A stretch of 64,000 nucleotides of DNA from contig CBDCWI010000002.1 of the NCBI GenBank assembly GCA_965223325.1, forward strand, positions 736,001 through 800,000. Direction: 5' to 3'. This stretch comes from Candidatus Multivoradales bacterium. GTDB taxonomy: Bacteria; Acidobacteriota; Thermoanaerobaculia; Multivoradales; Multivoraceae. Positions 17,746 to 29,587 of this stretch are shown in pieces; within the stretch, counting starts at the first letter, position 1; every line of letters starts with the position of its first letter. The translations under genes were made by a program, and so were the position numbers. The notes under the pieces are model-generated. The model had not been told where the DNA came from. It did not search any database and saw nothing but the letters and a program-made list of their open reading frames with translations.

Positions 17746-19173
17746 TCACGCCAGCGTTCGCAGGTGGTTCGAGGCGCAGCGGTAGCCACCGTTTCTGATC
17801 ACGCTTTCAGACAGCGGTGGCATGAGTTCGAGGGCATAACCGAATCGCCTGAAAGCCAGAGTTGCCAGCTCATCCCCGGCCGGCAGACCGGAGGCAAAGC
17901 CCACCGCAACTCTCTTTCGGTCCAAGACCTCGAGCACTGTGTTGTTCCAACCCAGGAGGAAGCGAGCGGTGAGTCCTCTGCCGAGCGGTGGTGGTAGAAG
18001 CGCGAGAGGCAGGCGCCCCACCTCGAGACCGAGGCGGGCCAGGTGCTTGGCGATCGAGTCCAGGAAGACCTCGAGCCCGCGGCCTGCAACGCCACCGGCA
18101 GCTTCTACAGCCTCCGCCACCAGGCGCGTGCCAGAGGCGAGGTGAAACGTACGCGCGAGCTCCGCAACAGCCTCCGGCGGCTGACTGGCCAGCAAGTCAC
18201 TGCCCGCTTCCAGGCTGCCAACCAGCGCCGCGGGGAGGGCATGCGCACGCGGCAGAATCGTCACCAGCGAGTCCAGGTCATGACCGGCGCCTTGCCCGAG
18301 GGCGAGAATCTCCCGCACACGCCCCTGCGAAGAGCCCGCGCCTGGAAGACCGTGCACGAACCGAATCGGCCGCCCCAGCGCGGTACCGAGCTCAGCCGCC
18401 GCCCGAGAAACCGCCACCAGATAGCGGCGCAGTCCCGCCGCGGTCTGCAGTGCAGCCAGTGGAATACGCGGCTCGCCCAGGAGCTGCAGCACGCGGCGTT
18501 CGAGGCTGTGCAGCGAGACCCAGGCCGCGCCATCGGCGAGCAGGATCTGGCCGTTGTGAAATGGCGTCGGTGCCGTCGACCACAGCGGGCGACCGAGCCG
18601 CTCCCACATCCGCGATGGCAGTCGGTCGATCAAGAAGGGGGCCATTCTCGAGTCGGCAGCACGACCACGCTGGCGGTTCGGCCGCACCAGAAAGTGCGGC
18701 CGACCGTCCATCGTGAACAGAAAGGTCATCGCGTCGCGCGGCCAGGGCGAGAAACCCTCGGCGGTACTGTCGAGCGGAACCAACTCCAACTCCCCGGCAA
18801 GCGCCTGAAGCTGCGCAAGCAGAGCGCCGTTGGTGAGAACGATCAGCGAGCGCTCGCCAATCGAGGCCTCGCGGACTCGCCGCAACAGATCTTCGGCCCG
18901 CCGGGCGCTGACGAAGCCGTGCGGAAACGAGAACACCGACGCGACGATCGGTTCTGTGTCGGCACTCAAAACCCGTCCGGGTGGCGGCCATACCGCTGGC
19001 TCGTCACTGCGCGAGGGGCGAGACGCCATTTGGGTCATTCGGATGATCTCCGCGGCACCTCCCGCGTTGGCCAGCGTCAGGCAGCCGACCGCTGCGGAAC
19101 CCAGGAACCTTCGGCGACTCGCCGAGGCTGATCCCGCTGGCGAGCATGCTGCCCTCGCTCGGCTCCCGGACAC
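17746..19173 (-). CDS. Tat-exported pentein-superfamily (amidinotransferase/arginine deiminase-like) protein
   Basis: SRRRFL Tat motif; PWPRD, HNGQ, GHDLDS, GWNN and C-terminal NGGYRC motifs; start placed at GTG 19173. Confidence 0.6.
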   Translation of the reverse strand: MSGSRARAACSPAGSASASRRRFLGSAAVGCLTLANAGGAAEIIRMTQMASRPSRSDEPAVWPPPGRVLSADTEPIVASVFSFPHGFVSARRAEDLLRRVREASIGERSLIVLTNGALLAQLQALAGELELVPLDSTAEGFSPWPRDAMTFLFTMDGRPHFLVRPNRQRGRAADSRMAPFLIDRLPSRMWERLGRPLWSTAPTPFHNGQILLADGAAWVSLHSLERRVLQLLGEPRIPLAALQTAAGLRRYLVAVSRAAAELGTALGRPIRFVHGLPGAGSSQGRVREILALGQGAGHDLDSLVTILPRAHALPAALVGSLEAGSDLLASQPPEAVAELARTFHLASGTRLVAEAVEAAGGVAGRGLEVFLDSIAKHLARLGLEVGRLPLALLPPPLGRGLTARFLLGWNNTVLEVLDRKRVAVGFASGLPAGDELATLAFRRFGYALELMPPLSESVIRNGGYRCASNHLRTLA

Positions 19174-19340
19174 TCCTGGGTTTCCTATCTGACGCCGGAC
19201 GACCGCAACGACTCCAGGAAACAGTAGGAGGAGCAAGGAATGCAGCGCAAGGCAAGCGGTGCGAGGGCCGAACCCCTGCCTCGAACACGCAAGAGATAGG
19301 GATCGGATTCGATCCCGGGAAGAGAACCGCTGGCCTGCGC

Positions 19341-20462
19341 TCAGTCCCGAGGTTCTGAGTCGCAGTCCTCGCGGGCAACCAGCGCGGTGCCTGAGGAGTG
19401 CGGACCCCTGAGGATCTCGAACATGTCGATCTTGGTATCGCCGTCGTAGTCGAGCGTGACTGCGCCCATCGAGCCCCATGACGTGCGCGGAAACAGGGGT
19501 TCGGTCTTGTCAACGAATGTCTTGCCGGCCTGGTTCTCGTAGTAGTGGTCGTCGCCTTGCATGTTGAGGAGGAACACGTCGGGATACCGGTCGCGGTTCC
19601 AGTCGACGATGAGCGCATCGCCCGACCAGCTGCCGTCGACGAAGCTGACCTGTTCGGAGACCTCTTCGAACCGCCAACCGCCGAGGTTCTTGTAGAGCCG
19701 CGACCGCTCCGTGCGTTCGGGGTAGCGATGACCGGAGAAGGCGTCTTCGCGCCCGATGTGGTAGCCGCCCGCACCGCGGTTCTCGGTCGTATAGGAGCCT
19801 ACGACCACCGACAGAATGTCCAGCTGGCCGTCGAGATCGAAGTCGAAGAGAACCGGCGCCGATGCGTGCCCAACGTAGTCGACTCCGGCCTCGGCTGCGC
19901 GTTCGCGGAACCTCCCTTCCCCGAGGTTTTCGAACAGCGCCGTCCCCTGGCGCACCGTCGTCACCTAGAGGTCAGGGTCTCCGTCGTTGTCGACGTCGCC
20001 AAAGGTCGCACTCACACTGATCCGCCCGGACATGTCCACACCGGCGCGAACCGTCCAGTTCTCGAAGCGTCCGTTTCCGCGGTTGTGCCACAACTCGTTC
20101 GACCCGATCTGGTTCACGAAGTAGAGATCGGGCAGCCCGTCACCATCGACATCGCCCGCCGCCAGGCCGTTGCCGTGGTCCCAGTGGCTCATCTTCCAGT
20201 ACAGCCCGCCGTCGTCGACGATGCGATGCACAAAGGAAATGCCACTCTCGTCGATTCGATCGGTAAAGGAAAACCCCGGGGCGATTGGGTTCTCCCGACG
20301 CGCGTCTTTCGCCCTCGCGGCAAGCGAGTCAGAAACTTTGTCGCCCTCGGGCACCCTCCATGTCTGCCAGTCCTGCTGCGCAGAAGCGGCATCGGCCGGC
20401 GCCAGAAAAAACGCCCCGGTCACCAACGCTGTCAGCAAAAGATCTCGCGCCCTCACGGCCAC
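19341..20462 (-). pseudogene. CRTAC1/ASPIC-UnbV-type FG-GAP repeat protein with in-frame TAG and 3' truncation
   Basis: DVDGDGLPDLY, DVDNDGDPDL*VTT (TAG at 19965-19967 where Tyr or Phe is expected) and DFDLDGQLD; similarity is lost after DYDGDTKIDMF and there is no UnbV domain. Confidence 0.8.
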
Positions 20463-21196
20463 TGCGCGCTGTTCTTGAGCATGTGCGCAGCGCCATGCGC
20501 GGCGTTGATCACAGCGTTCTCACCGAACAACCGCTCTTTCTGGCCGCCAAAAAGCTCCCGGTTGGCAGCCAGTGGGGCCAACTCGGTCGCTTTCTGCATC
20601 GTCGTGCTCTCGAGCTCCTCGAGGGCAGCGGTCTGCTGCACGAGCCCCGCAGCGAGGGCATCGGCCCCCGTCCAGCGACGCGCCATCTGCACCGTTTCAT
20701 AGAACACATCTGCTCGTAGCTTGTGGCGAAACAGGGCAAGCTCGGGGCTGGGTATGGTCAGCCCGAGTTGCATCTCGTTGGCGCATAGGAAGCCACGGTC
20801 GGCACGCATGATGCGCGTGTCGCAGCACAACGCCGCCATGAGACCGGCTCCGAAGGCGTGGCCGTTGATGGCGCAAACCGTCGGCACGGGGAACGTGATG
20901 ATGCGCCCCATGAGAGCCATGAACTCCGTTCCGAAGGTGTTTCGATCGCCGCCCTCGGGATGGTCATCCGGGGCCATCACCCAATCGAGGTCGAGCCCAT
21001 TCGAAAAGAACTTCGGATCATGCGAAGAAACAACCAGTGCCGCCGCACCCTCGGACGCCTCGACCGCGTCGAGAGCGGAGCTCCAGCGCCGCACGAACGT
21101 TGTATTCCAGCGATTCTGCCCGGCGACCATCGTCAGCTTGTAGACGGGGTCATGGTGTTCGAGATCGATCAATCTCGTCTCCTCGGCGCCAGGCAC
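20453..21196 (-). CDS. enoyl-CoA hydratase/isomerase (crotonase) family, likely delta3-delta2 isomerase type
   Basis: FFSNGLDL, AINGHAFGAG (first Glu absent) and ANE (second Glu present). Confidence 0.88.
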   Translation of the reverse strand: MPGAEETRLIDLEHHDPVYKLTMVAGQNRWNTTFVRRWSSALDAVEASEGAAALVVSSHDPKFFSNGLDLDWVMAPDDHPEGGDRNTFGTEFMALMGRIITFPVPTVCAINGHAFGAGLMAALCCDTRIMRADRGFLCANEMQLGLTIPSPELALFRHKLRADVFYETVQMARRWTGADALAAGLVQQTAALEELESTTMQKATELAPLAANRELFGGQKERLFGENAVINAAHGAAHMLKNSAQWP

Positions 21197-22471
21197 TTAC
21201 GGCTGCTTGATGCTGTAGAGGTTCTCGCGGCCACGCAGCAGAATGCGATCGCCAACCACAACCGGCGAAGCATCGAAGCGATCCTCGAGACGATTGCTTG
21301 CCAGGACTTTGAACTCGTCGGCGGCCTCGAGAACGACGGTTCCTCCCTGGCGACCGGCCATGTAGACCCGACCTGCGGCACCGACCGGTGAAGCGTAGAC
21401 ACCCTTGAGACCTTCAATACGCTGTGGACCGACCAGGTGCTTGCCGGTTGCGGCATCGAGGACGGTCAAGAGAGCGTTGTTGCTCTTGAAGAAATAGAGC
21501 CTGCCCTGGTAGAGCAAGGGCGACGGGACGTACGGCGTGTCGCGATCGAGCGTCCACAGAATGTGCTCGGAATCGGTGATGTCGCCTTTGGCGCCGGCAA
21601 GGCGAATGGCCATCAGGGCGTTGCCGCGGAAACCGCTCATCAAATAGACCGTGCCGTCCTGGGAAACCGGCGTGGGGATGGCGTTCAGGGTCATGCCACT
21701 GGCTTCCCAGATCTCCTCGCCGGCGGCCAGATCGTAGGACTTGATGCGCCTGGTTGCGCTCACGATGACCTGCGGGCGACCCTCGACTTCGACGATGTAG
21801 GGCGTCGACCAGGAAGTCAGCTCGTCGCGCGAACGCTCCCAGGCAATCTCGCCGGTTGCCGTATCGAGCGCCACGATCTTCGAGTCACCCTCGTGATCCC
21901 AGTTGATGACGATGCGGTCGCCGAAGAGCGCCGGCGAGCTGCCCTCGCCGAATGCCATCCGGGTCCGCATGTCGCCGAGGTCGATCTCCCACTGTTTCTC
22001 GCCGTCCATGTCATAGGCGAACAAGCCATACGAACCAAAGTAGGCGTAGATGCGTTCGCCATCGGTGAGTGACGAGGCCGAGGCCCAGGTTCCATCCGGA
22101 TGGGTGCCCTCGATCGGCGTCCCTTCGTAAACCACCTTGCGCCAGAGCTCCTCGCCCGACTCGAGATCGAAAGCCAGGAGCGCCCACTGGTGTTCGTCTT
22201 CCTTGTCGCCACCGCGACCGTCTTCGGAAGCGGTGTTGATCGCCGTGCTGAGGTAGATGCGACCCTGCCAAACGATGGGGGTTGAGCTTCCGAGGCCCTC
22301 GAGGGGGACCTTCCACTCGACGTTCTCCGACTCCGACCAGGTCACCGGCGGATCGCCCTCTGGGGCTTCGCCGGTCCCCAGCGGACCGCGCCATTGCGGC
22401 CAGTCGGATGACCAGGCGGGCACGATGGCGAGAACCACGATTGACAGTACAGAAAGGACCGGTTTGTGCAT
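21197..22471 (-). CDS. secreted PQQ-like beta-propeller repeat protein
   Basis: DWPQWRGP, SSTPIVW, GEGSSP, WSTP, YVPSP and YASPV repeats. Confidence 0.9.
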   Translation of the reverse strand: MHKPVLSVLSIVVLAIVPAWSSDWPQWRGPLGTGEAPEGDPPVTWSESENVEWKVPLEGLGSSTPIVWQGRIYLSTAINTASEDGRGGDKEDEHQWALLAFDLESGEELWRKVVYEGTPIEGTHPDGTWASASSLTDGERIYAYFGSYGLFAYDMDGEKQWEIDLGDMRTRMAFGEGSSPALFGDRIVINWDHEGDSKIVALDTATGEIAWERSRDELTSWSTPYIVEVEGRPQVIVSATRRIKSYDLAAGEEIWEASGMTLNAIPTPVSQDGTVYLMSGFRGNALMAIRLAGAKGDITDSEHILWTLDRDTPYVPSPLLYQGRLYFFKSNNALLTVLDAATGKHLVGPQRIEGLKGVYASPVGAAGRVYMAGRQGGTVVLEAADEFKVLASNRLEDRFDASPVVVGDRILLRGRENLYSIKQP

Positions 22472-22667
22472 TGCTGGCTTCTCCGAAGGGTCAGGGAAGA
22501 GTTGGCCGGTGGTTCGCCGGCGAGTACTCGGGGAAGTCTAGCGGGCGCCGCGATGCGGCGAGGCCGCACGCCTCTTGCTTCTTGCCTCTTGGCTCTCGCC
22601 TCGCGCGTATAGGCTCTACCCTCCAAGCCCCTTCTTTCGGTCGACTCCTCTGTGAGGGCCTCACATC

Positions 22668-24112
<1,445 letters not shown>

Positions 24113-24113
<1 letters not shown>

Positions 24114-25318
24114 TGAGACGCCGATGCCACTGTCAACGTTCATCGTTTCTGGCAGCTCTTTACGGCGGCGCTCTGGCCGCTCTGCTCGCTGGCTGCAGCC
24201 CGGAAGCCGAGCCACCCTCCTCGGCTCTCGATCCCATCGAGGAAGCGCCTCCGGTCTCGATGATCGAGCCATTGGAGCTCGAGATCGGGCCACGTTTGCA
24301 GGCTGTTCAGCTTCTCCCGGGACCGCCGGGCGAACCGGTTGCCCTGTGGGCGAGCGGAATCGACAACCTCTGGCTGCGCCGCGTCGAAGACCAGGTTCGA
24401 GTGCGTGATAAGAAGGTCGCCGATACGTTCTTCGGCAGCGAGCCGGCGCTCCAGTTTCGTGACCTCCATGCCATCGACCCGGAGCGTGCCTGGCTTCTAG
24501 CCTCGGGTGAGGGTGCACTTTCGGCGATCTACTTCACCGCCGACGGTGGAGCGAGCTGGGACTTGCAGTTCCAGAACCAGGAACCTGCAGCCTTCTACGA
24601 CTGCTTCGCCTTCTGGAACGAGCGCACCGGCTTCGTCTTCAGCGATTCCATTCCTGACCCTGTCGACGACCAGAGCGCGCGGATGCTGCTGCGTCGGACC
24701 GTCGACGGGGAGGAGTGGTCAGAGGTACCGGGTGCCTCGCTTCCCGCAGCCCAGCCCGGCGAAGGGGGCTTTGCGGCCTCGGGAGACTGCGCCGCCATCA
24801 TCGGTGACCCCAGTGAAGGCCGCGGGATCGTCGCCATGGGAAACGCACCGCGAGTGCGGGTCCTTCTGACCAGCGACTTCGGGGGCTCGTGGCGAGCTGT
24901 CGAAACAGGGCTCGAGGGTGGCTCGGCGATCGGCCTGACCGCGGTAGCGTTTCGACCCCCGACACCCGGCAAGAGGAGCGACTTCGGCGTCGCGGTCGGT
25001 GGAGTGATCGGCAATCCGGACTCCGAACCCTTCGTGGTGCTCACCAACGACGGTGGCGAGAGCTGGACCCCCGCCTCATCTCTCCCTCCCATCGCGGGCG
25101 CGCTCTACGGCGTTGCCATGGCCACGGCTGACGACGCGACGGGTGACCCACTGATCGTCGTCACCGGCCCCGGTGGCGCCGCGCTCTCAGGCAACCGGGC
25201 CAGGACCTGGGAGCTGATCTCCGCGCAGGACTTCTGGAGCGTCGACCTGTTACCCGACGGACGCGGTGCCCTGGTGGGTCCGGACCAGCGAATCAGCCTG
25301 GTCGCGCTCAGGCGCTAA
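24113..25318 (+). CDS. lipoprotein with BNR/Asp-box repeats (Ycf48/VPS10-like propeller)
   Basis: LLAGC lipobox; TADGGASW, TVDGEEW, TSDFGGSW and TNDGGESW; EGGFAASG. Confidence 0.85.
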
Positions 25319-25377
25319 GGCCTATCGGGCGAACCCCGAAGAACAAAGTTCACGCTACGTGATCACCATCGGGATGG

Positions 25378-25788
25378 GGCAACGGCGCGGTCCTGATCGC
25401 TGCCGGAGTGTTCTTCTACCGCGCGCTTTCGGGGCATGAGGTCAAGGTGCCGCTCGAGAGGCCGCTCTACGCAAGGTGTGCCGTCTTTCTCAACTTGATG
25501 AACACGCGCCTGTACTGGGGGTTGATCTCAAGCGCAGCCGCCAGGAGACAGTACGAACAGGCCTGCCTCGCCAAGGGCACACATGCCGATCTCTATCGCC
25601 TGGCCCACGACCACTTTGGCGTCAGCCTGGCCACCATGGGCTTCGCTTTCATTTTGCTCTCAGCCTTGCCGCTCACCTGTGCCTGGCTCTACCAGGTCAA
25701 TCGTTCAGCGCTCCATGCGGCGGTGCGCAAGTACCTCCTGCAGCTCTCTGGCTGCTTTCCGCGACTTCCCCAGCCGACGCTTCTCTAG
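25378..25788 (+). pseudogene. probable 5'-truncated membrane protein fragment
   Basis: The frame reads GNGAVLIAAGVFFYRALSG...ERPLYA...DLYRLA with hydrophobic stretches; no good start or SD. Confidence 0.4.
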
Positions 25789-27392
25789 GGTGGAATCGGC
25801 ACCGGGAAGAGCGGGTTGTCGTCGGTTTCTCGTTCGAGAATCTCGACCCCCTGGCGCACCAGCTGCGGGTACTCAGCGGCCAGGTTGTGGAGCTCACCAG
25901 GATCTGCGGCAAGGTCGTAGAGTTCCCACCCGGCGCCCGCGCTGGGCAGATCGTCGAGACGCTGGTGCACGAGCTTGTAGTCGCCGAAGCGCACCGCCAC
26001 CTGGCCGCCATACTCGGGGAACACCCACACCATGGGGTTGCGCTCGGGACGTTCGGGTTCGCCCCGAAGCGTCGGCAACAGGCTGATGCCGTCGCCGCTT
26101 GCGAGGGGGCTCCCCAGCAGCTCGGCGAAGGTCGCGAACCAATCGGGGAAGTAGGTCACGTAATGGTTGGTCACGTTGGCGTCGACCTCCCCGGGCCAGC
26201 GCACGATCAATGGAACGCGCAGGCCGCCTTCGTAGACGCTCCCTTTGAAGCCGCGCAGGCTGGCGGTGTCGCTGTAGGCAGTGCTCCTGAAGAAGGGCGC
26301 GTCGACGCCGCCCACTCCGAAGTCCGCATCGCGATCGCTCCCGTGGGTGGTGCCGTTGTCGCTGGTGAAAACCACCAGGGTCTCATCGCTCAGGCCAAGC
26401 TCGTCGAGTTTTCTGAGCACCAACCCGACGTGTTCGTCGAGGTCACTGACCATCGCCGCGTAGCCTGCCCGCGGGCGCGGGTGTGGCGTGTAGCCGGCGG
26501 CGCCACGATAGACCTTCCGGTCCCAGTCCTCGGGATAACGCTCGACCCACTCTTTCGGAGGCTGCATCGCGACATGCGGCTCGACGAAGGGCAGATAGAG
26601 AAAGAACGGCTGCGCGCGATGCTCGTCCAGGAAGTCGAGCGCGGCTTCGACGATCAAGTCCGGTGCGTACTGGTCGGCGAACCAGTCCTCCATGCGCACC
26701 GGACCTTCGGGCTGTCTCATATGGCCCGGCACCGGCTCCTGGTTGATGCTCATCTTGTGGTCATCGACCCAGAGGTGCGGTGGGTAGTAGCTGTGGGCGA
26801 CACGCTGGCAGTTGTAGCCAACGAAACGGTCGAAGCCCTGAGCGTTCGGGTCGCCACTCGAACCCACCGGTCCCAGGCCCCACTTCCCCATCGCTCCAGT
26901 GACGTAGCCATGTTCGCCGAAGAGCTCCGCTAAGGTGTACGCCTCCTCGGGTATCGGCCACTGCCCTTCGACGCGCTCACCCTGGTCGTCGACCGCATCA
27001 AGGTTGCCGCGGATGGTCGTATGGCCCAGATGCTTGCCGGTCAACAACACGTTGCGCGACGGCGCACAAACCGGCGCCCCCGAATAGTTGTAGCTAAAGC
27101 GCATACCCTCCGCAGCGAGGCGGTCGAGGTTCGGCGTGCGGATCTTCTCCTGGCCGTAGCTTCCGAGCTCGCCGTAGCCAAGGTCGTCGGCGAGGATGAA
27201 GACGACGTTGGGTGGCCGCGTCGCTTCGCCGCCACGGCCGTTGGCTAGAGCAACCTTCGGGCCTGGGGAAGAAGAAGCGTCGCCGGTACAGCCGGCGCTC
27301 GCGGCCAGCAACAAGAGAGCGGCCGGCAAGCTCAACCGCTTTCGGTCGCAGAGGGTGCGAAACGATGACAACGAGAACGACGGTTGGAACAT
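25785..27392 (-). CDS. arylsulfatase (Cys-type), probable lipoprotein
   Basis: NVVFILADDLG, CAPSR formylglycine motif, GKWGLG and TSDNG; SAGC lipobox. Confidence 0.95.
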   Translation of the reverse strand: MFQPSFSLSSFRTLCDRKRLSLPAALLLLAASAGCTGDASSSPGPKVALANGRGGEATRPPNVVFILADDLGYGELGSYGQEKIRTPNLDRLAAEGMRFSYNYSGAPVCAPSRNVLLTGKHLGHTTIRGNLDAVDDQGERVEGQWPIPEEAYTLAELFGEHGYVTGAMGKWGLGPVGSSGDPNAQGFDRFVGYNCQRVAHSYYPPHLWVDDHKMSINQEPVPGHMRQPEGPVRMEDWFADQYAPDLIVEAALDFLDEHRAQPFFLYLPFVEPHVAMQPPKEWVERYPEDWDRKVYRGAAGYTPHPRPRAGYAAMVSDLDEHVGLVLRKLDELGLSDETLVVFTSDNGTTHGSDRDADFGVGGVDAPFFRSTAYSDTASLRGFKGSVYEGGLRVPLIVRWPGEVDANVTNHYVTYFPDWFATFAELLGSPLASGDGISLLPTLRGEPERPERNPMVWVFPEYGGQVAVRFGDYKLVHQRLDDLPSAGAGWELYDLAADPGELHNLAAEYPQLVRQGVEILERETDDNPLFPVPIPP

Positions 27393-27396
27393 GGTT

Positions 27397-28272
27397 CTAG
27401 GACTCCTTCGACCTCCAGAGCTCGAAAGCCCAGGGGCCACTTTCTTCGCCGCGCTCGGCGCAGCCGACGATTTCGTGGGTCGCTCGGAGTGCCGACCGTG
27501 ACGGTAGCTCGCCAGCCTCCAGACTCGGGGGGAGGCGGCCACCTTGCCAGGACGAGAGAAGCAAGAGGTCGATCCGTGGTGGAACCGTATTCCACAACCA
27601 CCGGACCGACGATGGCCCGAGCTCGACGGTGGCACGCCGTCCTCCACCACCCGCTTCCACAAGTGCCGTGAGCGCGGTCTCGGGGTTTGCCGGCTCGAGG
27701 CATTCGACCTCGAGCTCGGTCGGGACCGGCCCGCGGTGCTTCGCGAACAGCGCCTGGAGTCGCCGTTCCCCAGCCCGGTCGGTGAGTACGGTGGTGGGCA
27801 ACCCAGTGCCTCCGTCGCCCTGCGCCAGGGCGGGATGGCGGAGGTCGAAACCACGACCCGACGTCAGCACACCGAGCCGAGGCCGGTTGCTTTTGTTCGC
27901 CGTCGGCAGGTGTTCTGCCCGCCAGGACGCGAGTAGAGACGCCGCAACCGGCGCACCTGCCAGGTCGTGGCGAACTTCTGGTTCGGCGCGCAGGATCGAA
28001 CCACTGGTGAGGATGCAGTCGGCGCGCGCGCGAGCAAGCCCGAGGATGAAGCCGTCCAGCACACTCGTCGGAGTTCTCTCGTCGATTGCCATCACCACGT
28101 TGCGTTCGTCGTTTCGCCAGACCGCCGCCACCTGAAGAATGGCGCCCGGATCCAGGAGAAGAGCCAGCGCTCGCTCACCCCACATCGAAGCGACCAGTTG
28201 GTCGACCGCTCGCCAGTCTCCTCTTCGTTCGAGATCGGCCAGGGGCCCCTTCTCCAGTTGCAGTCTCTTCAT
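27397..28272 (-). CDS. RibD C-terminal (pyrimidine reductase/DHFR-like) domain protein
   Basis: RARADCILTSGSILRAE and VELGPS resemble the RibD_C motifs. Confidence 0.6.
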   Translation of the reverse strand: MKRLQLEKGPLADLERRGDWRAVDQLVASMWGERALALLLDPGAILQVAAVWRNDERNVVMAIDERTPTSVLDGFILGLARARADCILTSGSILRAEPEVRHDLAGAPVAASLLASWRAEHLPTANKSNRPRLGVLTSGRGFDLRHPALAQGDGGTGLPTTVLTDRAGERRLQALFAKHRGPVPTELEVECLEPANPETALTALVEAGGGGRRATVELGPSSVRWLWNTVPPRIDLLLLSSWQGGRLPPSLEAGELPSRSALRATHEIVGCAERGEESGPWAFELWRSKES

Positions 28273-28337
28273 GACCGGGACGCTACACTGCCGAGGGTAA
28301 GAGCCCTTGTCAGACTGAAACCGTAGAGGGGAAGCGC

Positions 28338-29573
28338 TTGGACTTCAACGACTCACCCGAACAGGCCGAGTTCCGCCGAGAGGCCAGGGAATGGTTGGCA
28401 GCACATGCACCGACCTTCGAAGTCCCAGCTCACCGCGACAACGCCGCCGTCAACTCCGAGGAAGAACTCGCGCACGCCAAGAAGTGGCAGGCGCAAAAAG
28501 CCGATGCAGGCTACGCCACGATGCATTGGCCCGAGCGTTTCGGCGGGCGCAATCTGCCCCGCATCTACAGCGTGATCTACGACCAGGAGGAAGCACGCTA
28601 CCGCGTACCGCGGGGCGCCTTCTTCAACATCGGCATCAACTTCGGTGGCCCCACCGTCATCGAGTACGGGTCACGTGAACTCCAGGAGCGTCTGCTACCA
28701 CGCCTGCGTCGCGCCGACGACATCTGGTGCCAGCTGTTCTCAGAACCCGGCGCAGGCTCCGACCTCGCTGGCCTGCGCACGCGCGCCGAGCGTGACGGCG
28801 ATGAGTGGGTGATCAATGGCCAGAAGATCTGGTCGACCTACGCGCAATACGCCGACTGGGGCATCCTGGTGACGCGCCACGACCCTGGCCTACCAAAGCA
28901 CAAGGGCCTCACCTACTTCCTGCTCGACATGAAGACCGAGGGCGTCGAACCGCGGCCCATCCAGCAGGCGTCGGGAGCGTCGCACTTCAACGAAGTCTTC
29001 TTGACCAACGTTCGCATCGCCGATGCCTACCGGCTCGGCGAGGTTGGAGCGGGCTGGCAGGTGGCGATCACCACGCTCATGAATGAACGCCTGGGCGCCA
29101 ACTCGGTAGAAGCACCGCCAACCTTCGAGCAGATCTTCCGGCTCACGCGAGCCGCCGAGCTCGAGAGCGGTCGCGCCATCGACGACCCTGCCGTGCGCTC
29201 CGAGCTCGCCGACTGGTACGTCAAGTTTCGCGGCCTCGAACTGGTCCAGCAGCGAACTCTGACGCGGCTGGCGCAGGGGAGACAGCCTGGGCCCGAAGCC
29301 TCGATTCGCAAGTTGGTCGCTGGCGACCTGCAGCAGGAGATCGCCAGCTTCGGCATGGACCTGTGCGAGATGACCGGCAGTAGAACCGACGATGCCGGCG
29401 GTCCCGGTGCGCTCTTCGCACGGGCGCTCCTCGGCTGCCCGGCAACGCGCATTGCCGGCGGTTCCGACGAGATCCTGCGCAACATTCTCGCCGAACGTGT
29501 GCTGGGGCTTCCGGGTGACATCCGGGTCGACCGCGACGTTGCATTCCGTGACATTCCCACCGGCCGGGCCTGA
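28338..29573 (+). CDS. acyl-CoA dehydrogenase
   Basis: WCQLFSEPGAGSDLAGL, NGQKIWS and IAGGSDEILRN. Confidence 0.93.
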   Translation: MDFNDSPEQAEFRREAREWLAAHAPTFEVPAHRDNAAVNSEEELAHAKKWQAQKADAGYATMHWPERFGGRNLPRIYSVIYDQEEARYRVPRGAFFNIGINFGGPTVIEYGSRELQERLLPRLRRADDIWCQLFSEPGAGSDLAGLRTRAERDGDEWVINGQKIWSTYAQYADWGILVTRHDPGLPKHKGLTYFLLDMKTEGVEPRPIQQASGASHFNEVFLTNVRIADAYRLGEVGAGWQVAITTLMNERLGANSVEAPPTFEQIFRLTRAAELESGRAIDDPAVRSELADWYVKFRGLELVQQRTLTRLAQGRQPGPEASIRKLVAGDLQQEIASFGMDLCEMTGSRTDDAGGPGALFARALLGCPATRIAGGSDEILRNILAERVLGLPGDIRVDRDVAFRDIPTGRA

Positions 29574-29587
29574 CATTGGAGAGAACG

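Noticed and set aside
19965-19967. Amber readthrough (pyrrolysine or recoding) in the FG-GAP gene
   Set aside because: Many intact genes in the window end in TAG, the position is an aromatic residue in the repeat consensus, and the gene is also 3'-truncated; a nonsense mutation is the simpler explanation.
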